Source of the DNA: Lama glama
Taxonomy: Eukaryota
Assembly (NCBI GenBank): GCA_028534125.1
Contig: CM052817.1
Span: forward strand, 88,228,001-88,292,000
Reading direction: 5' to 3'
Length of the DNA: 64,000 nt
Shown here: in pieces, positions 1-12,200 of the stretch
Numbering within the stretch: position 1 is the first letter of the stretch
How the letters are laid out: each line of letters begins with the position of its first letter
Notes under the pieces: model-generated
Database searches by the model: none
Seen by the model: only the letters and a program-made list of their open reading frames with translations
What the model was told of the DNA's origin: nothing
Program-made: the position numbers and the translations under genes

Positions 1-2947
1 AACACTTTTCTATACCCTTATATGCCGATGGGCAAGTTGGAGAGGTTTGGGGCCTGCTGACTTGTATTAGCCAAACTAAATGGCATGTGGGCCTCAGCAT
101 CTGTCATGTTCGGTTAAAACAATAGGTTATGGAAGCATTTGAGTCTCTGAATTACAATTCTAATGAAGGTGTCCAGCCTGATAATAATAAGACCAACAAT
201 CAACAGGAGAATGTGCAGCTGCACCTGACGGATTCACTGTCTGATGTTGATTCTTTTCCTTGTATGTGTTATTACCAAAGAAGAACTGTCTAGTTTATTA
301 TTATCAGATAAGATTTTATCTCTTTGATTGTGATCTTTTTTTTTTCTTCCTGAGTATTTGGTAATTCACAGTGTTGGAATGGCCCTGGAGTACTAATTTT
401 AATTTTTGGAGGAAATCAGAGGGAGAACATAGATTAATTCACTGTACTTTTTACCTATACTCCCCACAGGGGGGTTCCATACCTGAAGGGCAGGTGCTAG
501 GACCGTAGGACAATTTATGGTTAATGGATCTCAGGAAAGTGTTCCCCCTCCATCTGGCCTCTAGTCCTGTGGGATAGGAAAAGTCTCAAAAATCTATAAA
601 GATAGGGGAGGCATTATTAACAGGCCTCATATATAATGAGTATTTATTTTTACATGGGGGTGAGATATACCCCACTTCAATATGAGAAAGAGAATTGGGA
701 AATGTTTTGTTTTTTTTTTTAATTGGTATGATTTGGCCAAGGAGTCTCAAAATTAGAGAAATTAAAATGTTGGGCAAAATAGAGTCCCATTTAGGGGTTG
801 ATTTGTCAGATGAGTTTAGAAAGGAGTTGTTTGAGGAGACAATTTGTTCCTAAATTAAACTGGCTGCCTGGAACTTATCAAGAAAATGTATGTTTTATTG
901 AACGTCTTTCACTTCTTAAAATACAGCATGATATATTTTGAGATGCGAAGTGTGTGCCCTGTCACTGTCAGGAGTGTCTGAAGCTCCAAACGGAAACAAG
1001 TCAAAGCTGGTGAGGCCTTGTGTTGCAGCCTTGAAATACGTAGAGACGTGTGTGACCTCTATTTATATTTTGGATATCTGTGCGGAAAAAAAGACTTCCA
1101 GAATTCTTTCCTCTGCAGGAAACAAGTTTGTAAAAATGTTTGGATGTGGTCATTTGTTGGCCAAGGCATCTAGTGTAAACTGTCTTAAATTTAGCCAGTT
1201 GTGTTCACCCCAGGTTCTGCCTTTTATCAAGGACATCCTGCTTAAGGGGTGGAAAATAGTAACATTCTCCTGAGTTCCATGACGTATGATGGTGGCAATG
1301 CCATCTATAGGGTCTAAAAACTCTCCTTATTGCTCAGTTAATCAAGGTGCTCCCTAGGTAGCCATGGGTCTGGGGAAGGAGTGACCTTCTCTAGCATGAT
1401 GGCATCTGATGGGGACTGAGGACAGTGGAATATTCCACCCCTACAGGTGGAATATGGCAGACAGCCTGGAGTTAGGTCTATCTTGTTTCAAGAATGTCTT
1501 AGTAACTCCTTCGAGCTAATGGGTTGTTACTTTCATGATTCCAAAGCATAATCAGCATGTGGGGAAAGAGCGTCAATGGCTCAGAGTCTGTGAGAGCCTC
1601 TATTTTTAAAAGAGCCCAATAGATGGCTAGTTAATTGCTGCTCTAATGGTATGTGTACAACACAGGGCTAAGTAGGCAGGTCTCTGTATTGGAAGCCTTT
1701 TGTCAACTTGTGGCCATATCATACATGATCTATAGAGTCTAGGAGGCATAAGAGGTGGTTGCCAGAACTTTTACAGAGAAGGAATCTCCCAGGGAACTAA
1801 CAGGAGTGTCTGTTGATTTTAAAGTCAAAACGGGCTGATTTGGAAATAGCATCAGTAAGATTTAAGTAAAATTAGTAGATGAGAAATATGTTGCCTCTAG
1901 AAGCCAAAAAGGACTAAATAACTTTGTATTTGTAAGTCTTTAGTGAGTCAGACAAATCATTTTTGGAGAATGTCATTGATGTAATGTCATACCTTTGCTC
2001 CTGGAGAAAGGTGAGTGTAGTTAGAATCTCATCTGCAAAGACTGTGTGTGATGGCAAATTTCTTGAGGTCTCCTAAGTGTAGCCTAGTGAAGACGTGTTG
2101 TGTCTTTTCAGACAAAAACAAATTGCGGCTAAAAAAGGCTGCTGAAATAAGACACTGAATAGAACTCATTAGCCAATGGATACTAGCAAAATATTTATTG
2201 ATTGTTGATTAGATGGAATTAGCAATTTTAATAATACTGGATTATTAGGTACAGGACCTTCAGTGAATGAGACCACAGTATTAAGTCCATAGTAAACTAC
2301 CATGAAGCACAATTCCTCTTTTAGGTCTTAAAAAAAGGGAAAATTGGGCCATCTTATGGTGAAGTAGTGGGGAAAAGGCTCCTGCTTATTAATTGGGTCC
2401 TAAATAATAAGTTCTAATTTTTGAAGATTTTGTTTTAATTTATATTATATCATATTAATCATTTTACCTGGAGGTTTGTGGGGTCCCCATTTTGTGAAGC
2501 CAGTTGTGTCAAAGACTTTAATTTTAATTTAATTTATTACTCCTTGTGTCAGTTTGTATGGCCACTATGGGATATTTTAGGGCAGTGGGCACTCTACCTA
2601 TGGAAAATCTAGGCAAGGCTATAGCTAAAGTGAACCATATCTATTTTTAAAAATTTTATGTTATTTTCCTAAGATTATAAGGGTACAGTGTTTAAGTTTA
2701 GTGATTCCAAATATAACTGTAATTTGAACCACAGTATTAAGTAACTGAAGCTTTGACAATTCATGCATTTTAGCAAGTGTTTAAGTTAATTTAGGACTCA
2801 AGTTGTAACACACAAACCAAACCAATCAGCGCCTTTTAAATCTTTTAACTATATAAATTATATTAGTAAACTTTGGATTTATATTGGGTCAAATTATGGA
2901 ACTTTATTTTAATTTAATAACAAAAAATATGTAAATATGTGTGTGCT

Positions 2948-2979
<32 letters not shown>

Positions 2980-3770
2980 TTTCTTCAACCTATATGCAGG
3001 TGTCTTTAAACTCCATTCTTCTTGTTTTTGTCACTGGATATATTTGGGTGTACATGCGAGTTGGGGTAGGGGTGGAAGTTCTCTTCACTGTGAATCGTAT
3101 TTACATGTCTTTGGTCTAGATAGGCTCAAGTCAGTTTTGTCTCAGAGTAGAGACATCCCCCGGCAATGGAAATGCGCCTTAAGGAGCTCGGGTTTCAGTT
3201 GGGTTTGAATTAACCCCTTGACTGTACCCCAGTGGTACCGCGGGTGTTTTCTCCTCTAACCCTGAGGTGGGGGCAGCAGTGGTGTAGCTGTAGGTCACTG
3301 GACCCACAGGCCAGAGGTTTGGGATTGAACCCATCCTCTACTTCAGCCCCACCTTTTCCCACCCTCAGGGTGTTCCCACCCCACCTCTCTTTTTGGGCTT
3401 CCAGCCACCTAAAACCAAGGCTTTTAGTTTGTCTCCATTTGATAATGGATGCACTACGGGGTCAGGGCAGGGAGCCAGAGTAGTGTGCCTGACGAACAGT
3501 TGTCTCTCCTTCTGAGCCTTCCCCGGTCTACCTCCAGTGATGAGATTTGCACTGTCAGGGCTAAAGCGGCCTCTCAGTTGGCTACTTTGAAAAATGATGC
3601 TCCGGGCTTGGGGGTTGTCTTTAGTTGTTAGGTACCTGGTCCTGGACAGTTAGAGTCAGTACATAGTGACCCCTGGAGCATGAGAACCTGACAAGGGGAG
3701 TACTTGGGATGTGCATTTAATCAGCTGCTCCTGAAGGGGGATTGACCTGCATTTAGCCAGGGCCTCAAAA
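1..3770 (-). mobile_element. Degenerate endogenous retrovirus internal region (class III, ERV-L/ERV-S-like pol; probable gag upstream; runs off the window start)
   Basis: Hand translation of the minus strand gives collinear pol motifs: LANEFYSV (IDLANAFFSIP-like, ~2155-2180), TQHVFTRLHLG (QYTFTxLPQG-like, ~2075-2105), V*HYINDIL (YIDD catalytic motif, 1966-1992), LFGF*RQHISHL (ERV-L thumb LFGFWRQHIPHL, 1876-1911), DSD-GTHF (integrase, 945-969, 1-nt deletion), QAASLI..NCLLKQ (826-870) and LEARWRGNTF (GPY/F-like, 535-564). Many stops and frameshifts. The GC-richer 3180-3770 block is assigned to gag/leader by position only. Confidence 0.85.
2948..2978 (+). repeat. (TTTA)n microsatellite
   Basis: Directly visible tandem tttatttattta run. 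Confidence 0.9.
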
Positions 3771-4179
3771 CTGGGTCAAGGCAGCATTAAAAACAAATAA
3801 ACAAACAGAACAAAGTTTATGTTATAGGTTCTAGTTCAACAGTGCAAGTACATATAAGCAAATATATGCACACACATATATTTTTCAAATTTGGCAATTT
3901 TATATTTAAATGTCCAATTACTAAGGCAAGTTATCTTTTTTTATTAAAACAAATTCTTTTAGGACCTTAAATATGATTTTAGAATTTTCTTAATGTTATT
4001 TCTCTTTCTTGTTGAATTTAGTACTAAATGTTTAAGTATTTTTTCCCTTTAACTTTTTATAAGTTATTATAAATACCATTTTAGTTTCTCTCTAGTAACA
4101 GAGAATCACTGACTTTTTAATAGTTGACTTTTATCAAGAATTTTTAACATATATTTGTATGACTCTGTGTGCATTTACC

Positions 4180-4810
4180 ATAATAGACTATTTTGTTTCC
4201 TACTATTGAAATATTTTGGATTCATAGAATGAATACTCGTTGTTCATAAAGGCTTATTCTTAGTATTCTGTGATGGGTGACTGAGATTATACTTTATGTA
4301 GAGTTTTGTGCTGATATTCATTAATGAAACCAACCCATGACTTTCTTGTATCCTCTTACACTAGTTTTTTCTTTAAATTACGGTCATGCTTACTTAAAAA
4401 CATATATAGAAGAGACTTTGATCCTTTCTTCTGATTAGGAAAAATCTAAATAACTTTGGGACTATCTGCTCTTTATAATTAAGTAGAAATTAGAAAAGCC
4501 ATCTGTTCCTACTGTCAGTTTTAATTGAGTTCTTCAATCTCTTTTAAAACTCTGTTATTGTAGTTTTTTCAAGCACTCTCCTATTAGGGTATTTTTGACA
4601 ATATATGTTTTGCTTGAAGATTATTATATTTAATTTTTAGAATGTATTATCTTTAAATTGCTGCATATTACATAATAGATGATTAAAAGCCTTCTGTAGT
4701 TTTAGTTACGTCTTGTTTTCATTCTTAGATTTGTATACATTTGTTCAGTTTGTTTTTCTGTAAGGAGGGTCAAAATAAATTTACCAGTTTTAGTGAACTT
4801 TTCAAATAAT
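4180..4810 (-). mobile_element. Ancient L1 ORF2 fragment
   Basis: T-rich degraded sequence resembling antisense L1M ORF2 (e.g. ttttgtgctgatattcattaatga; ctatctgctctttataattaagtagaaa). Confidence 0.5.
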
Positions 4811-4989
4811 GTCTGTATCGTTAAATATTTTGCAGCATAACATCCTCAAATTCAACAGCTTTCACAATCCATCAAATCTAAATCACTCATATAATTATTT
4901 TTTTTAATTTATGGAATTAGCTTTCTTCATCTCAATTTAAATTTTTCATGATTAGTCTTTTGTTTATTTGTTCATTATATATCTTTTCC

Positions 4990-5400
4990 ACAGAATTTAA
5001 GTTCTAGAAGAGTAGAGACCATGCCTGTTTTGTTCATTGTATGTATTTAGTTTCTAATACAGAATCAGATTATAGAAACTAGTCAAAAATTTGTTTAATG
5101 AACAAGATACAATTATATTTAGCACTTTATGTAATTCACTGAGATTGTTTTTTTAAAAAATCTTTTATGTGCAAGCACATGTATCCAATCTGTGGCAGTT
5201 CATACTTGGGAAAATAAGTTGGAATTATACAATGATTTAACATACTTAATGTATGTTTATTGTGTTGATTCCAGCACTTCAGTATTTATCCATTTCTTAT
5301 CTTAAATATATTTATTGAATATGTTTTATTTTTGACATATTTAGCTAGGCTCTGAAGAAATAAATACAAACAGTTTGACCCTGCCCTCAAGAAGCTAGCA
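4990..5400. mobile_element. Two L2 3'-end fragments (plus ~4990-5103, minus ~5290-5400)
   Basis: agagaccatgcctgttttgttcattgt...aaaaatttgtttaatgaa, and tttattgaat...gaccctgccctcaagaagcta, both typical L2 termini. Confidence 0.6.
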
Positions 5401-6249
5401 GAAAAATTTAAAGACAACCGTTGAAGAAGTAATTCATCTTTCAGAACACTTCAGAAACAAACTGGAAAAAATAACAAGACTATGTGTAGTACAAATTTTA
5501 GCCTATTGCTAATTAATTCTAGGGCAATTTTTTCTAGTTTCATTAATATTTACAGTTATGTTTTCCAAAGATGTAAAGCAAAAGACTTTTTAAAATAATT
5601 AATAGAAGAACATTGAAATATGACCCAGCTTATATAAAAGTTCAGATCTTTAGAAAAATAGCCAGGGTCAATGATACCAATTTCTACAATTTCTGATTTT
5701 CTATTAAAATAAAGATAATCATTTTTCAAATCATAAAAGAGATATATGTTCATCATAGGAAAATTAAAAGTATATATTTAAAGTTGTGAGTAGAACTTAA
5801 AAATCATTTTTGATCCTAACATCTTAGAGATAATCATAGTTAACATTTTAATTTAAACTTTTTATTTTTTAAGACTTGATACACAGGTAAATATATGTAT
5901 AAGTATATATTTAAAAATGCAATAATTGTATCAGTAATATCTTAAATTTATATAAACTTTATAAATTTATTTTTATATTGTAATTAAATATAACTTTAAG
6001 AAAAAGTCTAATATTCGTTCTGCTTATATCTGCATACTTCCAGGAAAGGACCTATAGTGGTCAACATATTCATAAAAGACAGGCTTTTAAGGCTAAGAAT
6101 AGTTTGCTGCTTTATAAGAATTTATCACTTAATATATCATTAAAATCAATCCATGACATGAATTAATATTATAAGTACCAATTTTAATAATTTGTTTTAC
6201 ATATGATTTGTTTTTTACCTATTTCTATTCAATATTATTCTTATGACCT

Positions 6250-6950
6250 TTAAATTATGAAAAATACTCAAACTCACTCATAATAAGAGAAATGCAAATT
6301 AATACTATGAAAATCTAGTTCTGACTTATCATATTGGCACAAACCCAAAAATTGAACAGAACATTCTGTTGGGAGTCTCTGGGAGTTCAGAATCATACAA
6401 TTCCTGCAGAGATGAATTTGACATCTAACAAGATTAACTTTCTGTCTCTCTGTATATTAATTTACAGTTTGACCTAGCGATCCTACTACTAATAATCTTC
6501 CTTGAATGTCCACACTTGCAAATGAAAATTTGTGTTGTGTAGGAAAATACTGTAAACAGCCCAAATGCCCATTAATAAAGAAAAGATTACATAAAATATG
6601 GTATATCTACACACAGTGGAATGCTGAGTGTAACATATAAGATGAAATCAAATAAGACCTGTACACAGAAATGAAAGGATTCCAAAGATTTTTATTTTAA
6701 AAATAGACACAACCATGGGTGCATATGTTAATGGTTGTATAAAATATGACTTATGTCTTTGTTTATTTTACAGTAAGAAGTATTGTAAAGAGTAAGGCAA
6801 AATGAACAGAAAGTGTTACCAATAATAGCTGGACGGTATTAGGACAAAAGGGTAAAGGGATGGGAATAAGAAATCCCAGAGCATAGATTTGTATAAAGAT
6901 TACATTTTATACCTCATAGGTGTTTTTTTTTTAATTTTTTAAATAAAATA
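6250..6950 (+). mobile_element. Old L1 (L1M) ORF2 end and 3' UTR
   Basis: ctcactcataataagagaaatgcaaattaa...tttgacctagcgatcctact...cagcccaaatgccc, ending in an A-rich tail. Confidence 0.75.
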
Positions 6951-6989
6951 AAAATGACACCTTATGTCTCAATTTAAAATAAGCTAAAG

Positions 6990-7770
6990 GAAGAGATTTT
7001 TCAGTTTAGTGAGGACAAAAGAACCAATACAATAATTTCTTCTCCTGTGTCCCATAAAATCTATTGTGGGAACAAAGCTGAGGAAGACCAACTGGGAAAG
7101 TTCTGAGAGAGCTGAAGCCGAGAGAACAGACTTGTCTGCCGTACTCAGAGGATGCTTTCTGGGAGAACACATGTTTTAAAGGGAGGAGGGGAAAAGTGAG
7201 GTTGGGAATGGCTGAGTGCAAGGTCGGCAGGGGAGTCAGTTGAATATCTGCATTGTAGGATGGCTTAATCCCAAATTGAAAACAAAAATGCTGGATTTTC
7301 TTTTCTTTACAAATCAACTTCACTATCTTAGTATCTTAGTGGAACTAAGCCATGTCTTCTGTGTGTTAGATATTCCATCAGGATGCCACCAGGAAACACG
7401 GCGCATTCCACCAGGGTGACGGAGGAGAATGTGTTGAAGGCACTAATTCAAAGAGGTTCTGGCAGGATTAATGGAAACCAGTTAAGGATATTGAAGCCCC
7501 TAGGTCTAGAAACAGCAGGGGGCAATGGTCACTTGGTCACCTGGAGGCCTGAAGGAGCAGGGGGAGGGAGAGAGGGGGACGAGAACTAACAAGAGCTGTG
7601 GCTGATGCAGCAGGTATAGGGGTCTAGGGAGGAGATGGACGAGCAAACAGAAGGTCCAGCACAGGTTCCAGGAGGGTGACCTTTGTGTTTTTGAAATGTA
7701 TGTGTCCCTCAGTGTCACTGCTGGCTGCTCATCTGCTCATCTGCTCATCCAAAGCCAAAGACAGCTAGCT
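6990..7770 (-). mobile_element. LTR-derived fragments (ERV LTR ~6990-7340; MaLR/ERVL LTR ~7370-7770)
   Basis: GC-richer islands with LTR-like wording (ccatcaggatgccaccaggaaacac...). Family not determined. Confidence 0.45.
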
Positions 7771-10700
7771 GACCAACTCTGTTGTTCTGTTATGCATTTA
7801 AAATTTGCAGAGTCTTATTCACAAATATCTGTGGACAAACCAGAATCATTAAGTGTTTAGAGAAAGACTGCAGTGTACAAAGACCTATTGAAAGAGAAAA
7901 AGAAAGAAAAAAGTTTAAAAAAATCTGATATGGTGATCATTTTGGATATTGAGAAAATGTTAAAAATTAACATGAACAAACAAATCAAAAGGTCACTTCC
8001 AATTATTGTCCTCAAAGAATTTTGTGTAGAGTTTGAATTCAAAGAATAAGAAAACAAATCTACAAGAGACCAATTCCAGAAGAAAAATTAAAGTATTACA
8101 AACAACAAGAAGAAATCAATAGAAAATTTAAGCACAACAATGAATGATTCATAATAAACTAAAAATAAAAAGAGAATATTAGATAATGAGATATTGTCAT
8201 AAGAAAATACTCAGTGCAATTTAAATGATATTTGCACTATCAAAATTATTTTATGCTGTTTATTGGTTTTTAACTTCTTTAACCCTAAGGATAAATGTCA
8301 AAATACTTACATGTGAATAGGACACCATTGACAGTATAAAAGTTTCCCCCCTCCCTCCCTCCTTTCCTTCCTTTCTTTTCTTAAAGGTAGAAAACTAGAA
8401 TGTGAAAGAGATGGAAAGAAGGACAAATATACTTCATTTTTATTCTAAAAAATGAGGAATGAAGCATATTTAATATTGTTAGCATAAGTAATGAACTTTG
8501 GTACGTGTTCTCACAATCCAGATGTGGTCATTGCAGAAATAGCGACTTCGTCAATTAGAGGTGATATGAAAAAAAAATCAATGGTCTCCAGCTCTGATAT
8601 ATCAAAATAATAAGGTTTTCATATTATTTAGAGATGAAATGACAACCCAAAGTGTTAAGAGCAGAAATATATAGTTGTGATTGCCTCTGAAGAGTGAGAC
8701 TAAAAGTAGAATAAGGGAGGGAATAATTGTTTTCTGATCTAATGTTCAATGTTTAAATATTACATTCACAATTTGCTTAAAAACTTAAATATAGGACATA
8801 AATAATGTGAAAAACCATATACTACAGTAGTCAATTGAATGTAGTAGTCAATAGTCAATTATAGTCAATTTGACAATAGTCCAATTGAGTATAATATGTC
8901 TTAAAATGTGTATCTTACACCAAACTTAAAATTTATTTTTTTCAGGATAATTTATAATCAGCATTATAAATATTTAGGCAATTTTGTACACAAATACATA
9001 CTATGACTGTGAGGTTGAGGAAGAAATTCTCTTTGGTTATCTACCATCAAAGTAAAAATTATCAAAAAGAAGTAACTGTCATTCAGGCAATAAATGACAG
9101 GTTGTAGCATGTGTCAGTTGACATTTTATCACCTTGTCTTACAGTTTGGTTTTACTCTACATAAAATTCTAAAAGTGCCTGGATCTCCACATGCCTTTTC
9201 TCCACTTGGTCTTATTCTTCAGTAATGTAGAAAACAAGTTGCTAGCAGGGTGCATTTTTACTTTGAGAATGTCTAAGTCTTTACTGCCCTTCTATTATTT
9301 CCATTTCCTGTGATGCCAATGTATATCAATAAAGGGCATGAGAATATGACTTCTGCAGAGACATTTGTGTTTTCAGCATTACCTGTGTGTTAAAAATCCA
9401 TGGCACTTAAAAAACAAATGAGAGTTGCTCTTTTGTAGTATCAGTTCAAAAAAGAAATAATCGCTTGGGAAATTTTTCTCTGTGTCTACTGCAAAGAAAT
9501 CCAGCAGAGAAGAAAGGCTTGCAAAACCAATAGAAGGCAGTAAATGTCAGGAAAGGTGGGTCATTCTTGCTTGTAGCCATAAGGGCATTTCACTTATACT
9601 CAAGCTCATTGTTATGCTTAGTCAACTATGACCTTATGTCAAGCTGATCTTTGCTCCTTGGAACTCTGGAAGTAGCTACAGGTAACAAACTTTGAAATAA
9701 TATACTGTCCCCAATTTAGACTAGAACTTTGCAGGCATTTAACCCCAAATAAACTTTAATTGCAGTTAAAATATGACAATAAAAATGCCTTCTTGGAATT
9801 TCTTGAATGCTAAATTTTATTCATTGTGAATTTTTAGATGCTATTTTCATATTCATTATTTTTTTGCTATATTTTGCAAACTGAAGAGTTGATATATATA
9901 TTCTGGTATGCTAAGCAAATCCAAATAACTCTCTTAAATCTGATACGTTTTTGTCTGTGCTCTATCAAAACATGTTTAGCTATCATATAGCATATTAAAG
10001 AAAATGAAGAGTTGTGAACACCCAAAAGGAACAAGAAAATGTACTGTATATATATTTTGAAATACATATATTGTTCAATTTTTTTAGTTCCATAAAAAGG
10101 CCAATATTTGATAAAATCGGCAATTTAAGTGAAGCAACAAAAACATACAGACCAAATATGTAAATATTTCCATCTTGCTTTACCAAACCAGCAATCAAAA
10201 GGCAAATTAGATTAGGTTTAAACCTCAAAAATTCTCAGAAAATACAAACATCAGGACCGTTCTATCCTGTGAAGCTAAATCAGTTTGATGACACTTCTAA
10301 TTTATATCACTGTTAGTCAAGAAATTAAATTGTACAAATGTTTATACATGTATGAATATCTAATTTTTGGGGAGACTTCACTCTAATGTTAAGATTTTTT
10401 TGATTTGTTCTGTTTTGCTTTTGAAAGCTACTCAGAAATCAGTTGTGTAGATGACAATGTTCTGTTCTAGGGATGACTGAAAATGAAACAATAATGACAT
10501 GATGAGAAAATTTAGTTGTTGGTTCACAGGTTTGTTCTGACCTCAGCCTATGTTCCATGAGGTAAATCTATATAGGTGTTATCCTGGAATTGGTCTACAC
10601 AGCTATTTAATTATGCACTTAGTTTATACCAGTGACTAGTAATATAGTTTAAGAAAATTCAAGTATAAATTATACAATTTCATTTTATAGTATATTCCAT

Positions 10701-10879
10701 TCCTAATTTCTGGGAAAATCTTTTCTGCTAACACAAAGGAGACATGATAGTCTAGTTAAACAAAATATAAACAGTAATTAATGAGTGGGATTATGGGATA
10801 ACATTCCATTACATGTACCCTCTTTTCAATATAACATTGTCTTGAAGACAAGTTATTCACTATTTTAATTAATTCCTTA

Positions 10880-12200
10880 GATTAGGAATATTCCTTGACC
10901 ATGTGCTAGTTGTTACAAATTGTTCTAAATCCTGAAGCTACCAAAAAACAAAACAAAATGAAACAAAATATGTAAAACTCTTTACCCTCATGGAAATTAC
11001 ATTTTATTTGAAAGATATAAAAAGCTGAATATAAACTAGTGGTCAAGGATATGGAGGATGCAATGAAGAGATTAAGAAGACACTACTGTTGAAGTAGAAA
11101 GGAAATGAAATGAATTGACTGTTGAATATATCATCTTGGGACCTAAAAATTAACTTGTGGATTCATTTTATTTGATGTGGATCAAATAAAAATGTGAATG
11201 AGTTCAAGAAATTATTGAAGGAGAGGAAGTGGGAAAAAAAATGTAGACGAGTCTTTCAAGGAGTTTTCCTCAAAAAGTATCAGAAAATGGGTGTTGGTAA
11301 CCAGATGGAGTAAAGAACTGGGAAAGGTATTTTCCTCCAAGGAAGAGAGACTTTTTTTAGAGAAGTGGAGAGTTTTATTATACATATTTATTTGTTTTTG
11401 ATTTTTGTTAGTCTATTTATTATTGACCTATGTTTTAACTGCAGATCTTTGAAGTGGCTACAACCATCTTACACAAAAAAATAGGCCAAAACAATCAAAT
11501 GTATTTAGTGTAGCATCCCGAGGTCATCAAACCTTATAACCAGCTCTTAGGACTGGCTAAATCCAGGCACGTGTTTCGTGTGAAGCAATTAAATGAACTT
11601 ATCTGGGTAGCTGCTAGTATTTCAGTGTTCTGCGACTCTTAGCAGAAAACAGCAGAACCATTAAACTCTCAAATATTAAATATTAACCAAGGATACATTT
11701 GTACATGTTTACTAGAGCATGTTAATTAGAAAAAATTAATTATTAGAAAATATCAGATATCTCTGTTATTTCTAACTGTTTTATGCTACGTCACAGTGGT
11801 ATATACTTTTGTAAAAACGTTCAATTTGTAAAGGCTCCTCTTGTGTCTGCGTAATATATGAAATTGAGATATTTCAATGGCAGATTCAAAATGTTTGTAA
11901 TTGCCTCTTCCACCATGGATCTCATTCATAGTAGGAAAGACACCAGATTCTGTAGCTTCCTCTCCTATACTGTTTTTGGTACAAATTTCCATGTTTCCTT
12001 TTCCATTAGCCTCGTGTATTATATCAGCACCTCATGCCTGGTGTACCTAGATCGTACTTTCAAAGACCAGTCTCCAGTCCCTGCTGACTCCGACGTTCAC
12101 ACTACCATCAAAACTTAGATACCTCACAATATCACTATTTCCATTACTCCTGTCCTTAATATATCTAATCCAATCATTTAAAGTTCTTGTCTTATATGTT
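10880..12200. mobile_element. L2 fragments flanking an MLT1-type LTR piece (~11440-11660)
   Basis: ctttaccctcatggaaattacatt (L2); tagcatcccgaggtcatcaaacc...tgttctgcgactcttagcagaaaaca (MLT1 3' end). Confidence 0.5.

Noticed and set aside
1830..1960. Gammaretroviral-type RT/RNase H tether (class I assignment)
   Set aside because: Re-reading in another frame gave the clearer ERV-L thumb motif LFGF*RQHISHL, consistent with the other class III motifs.
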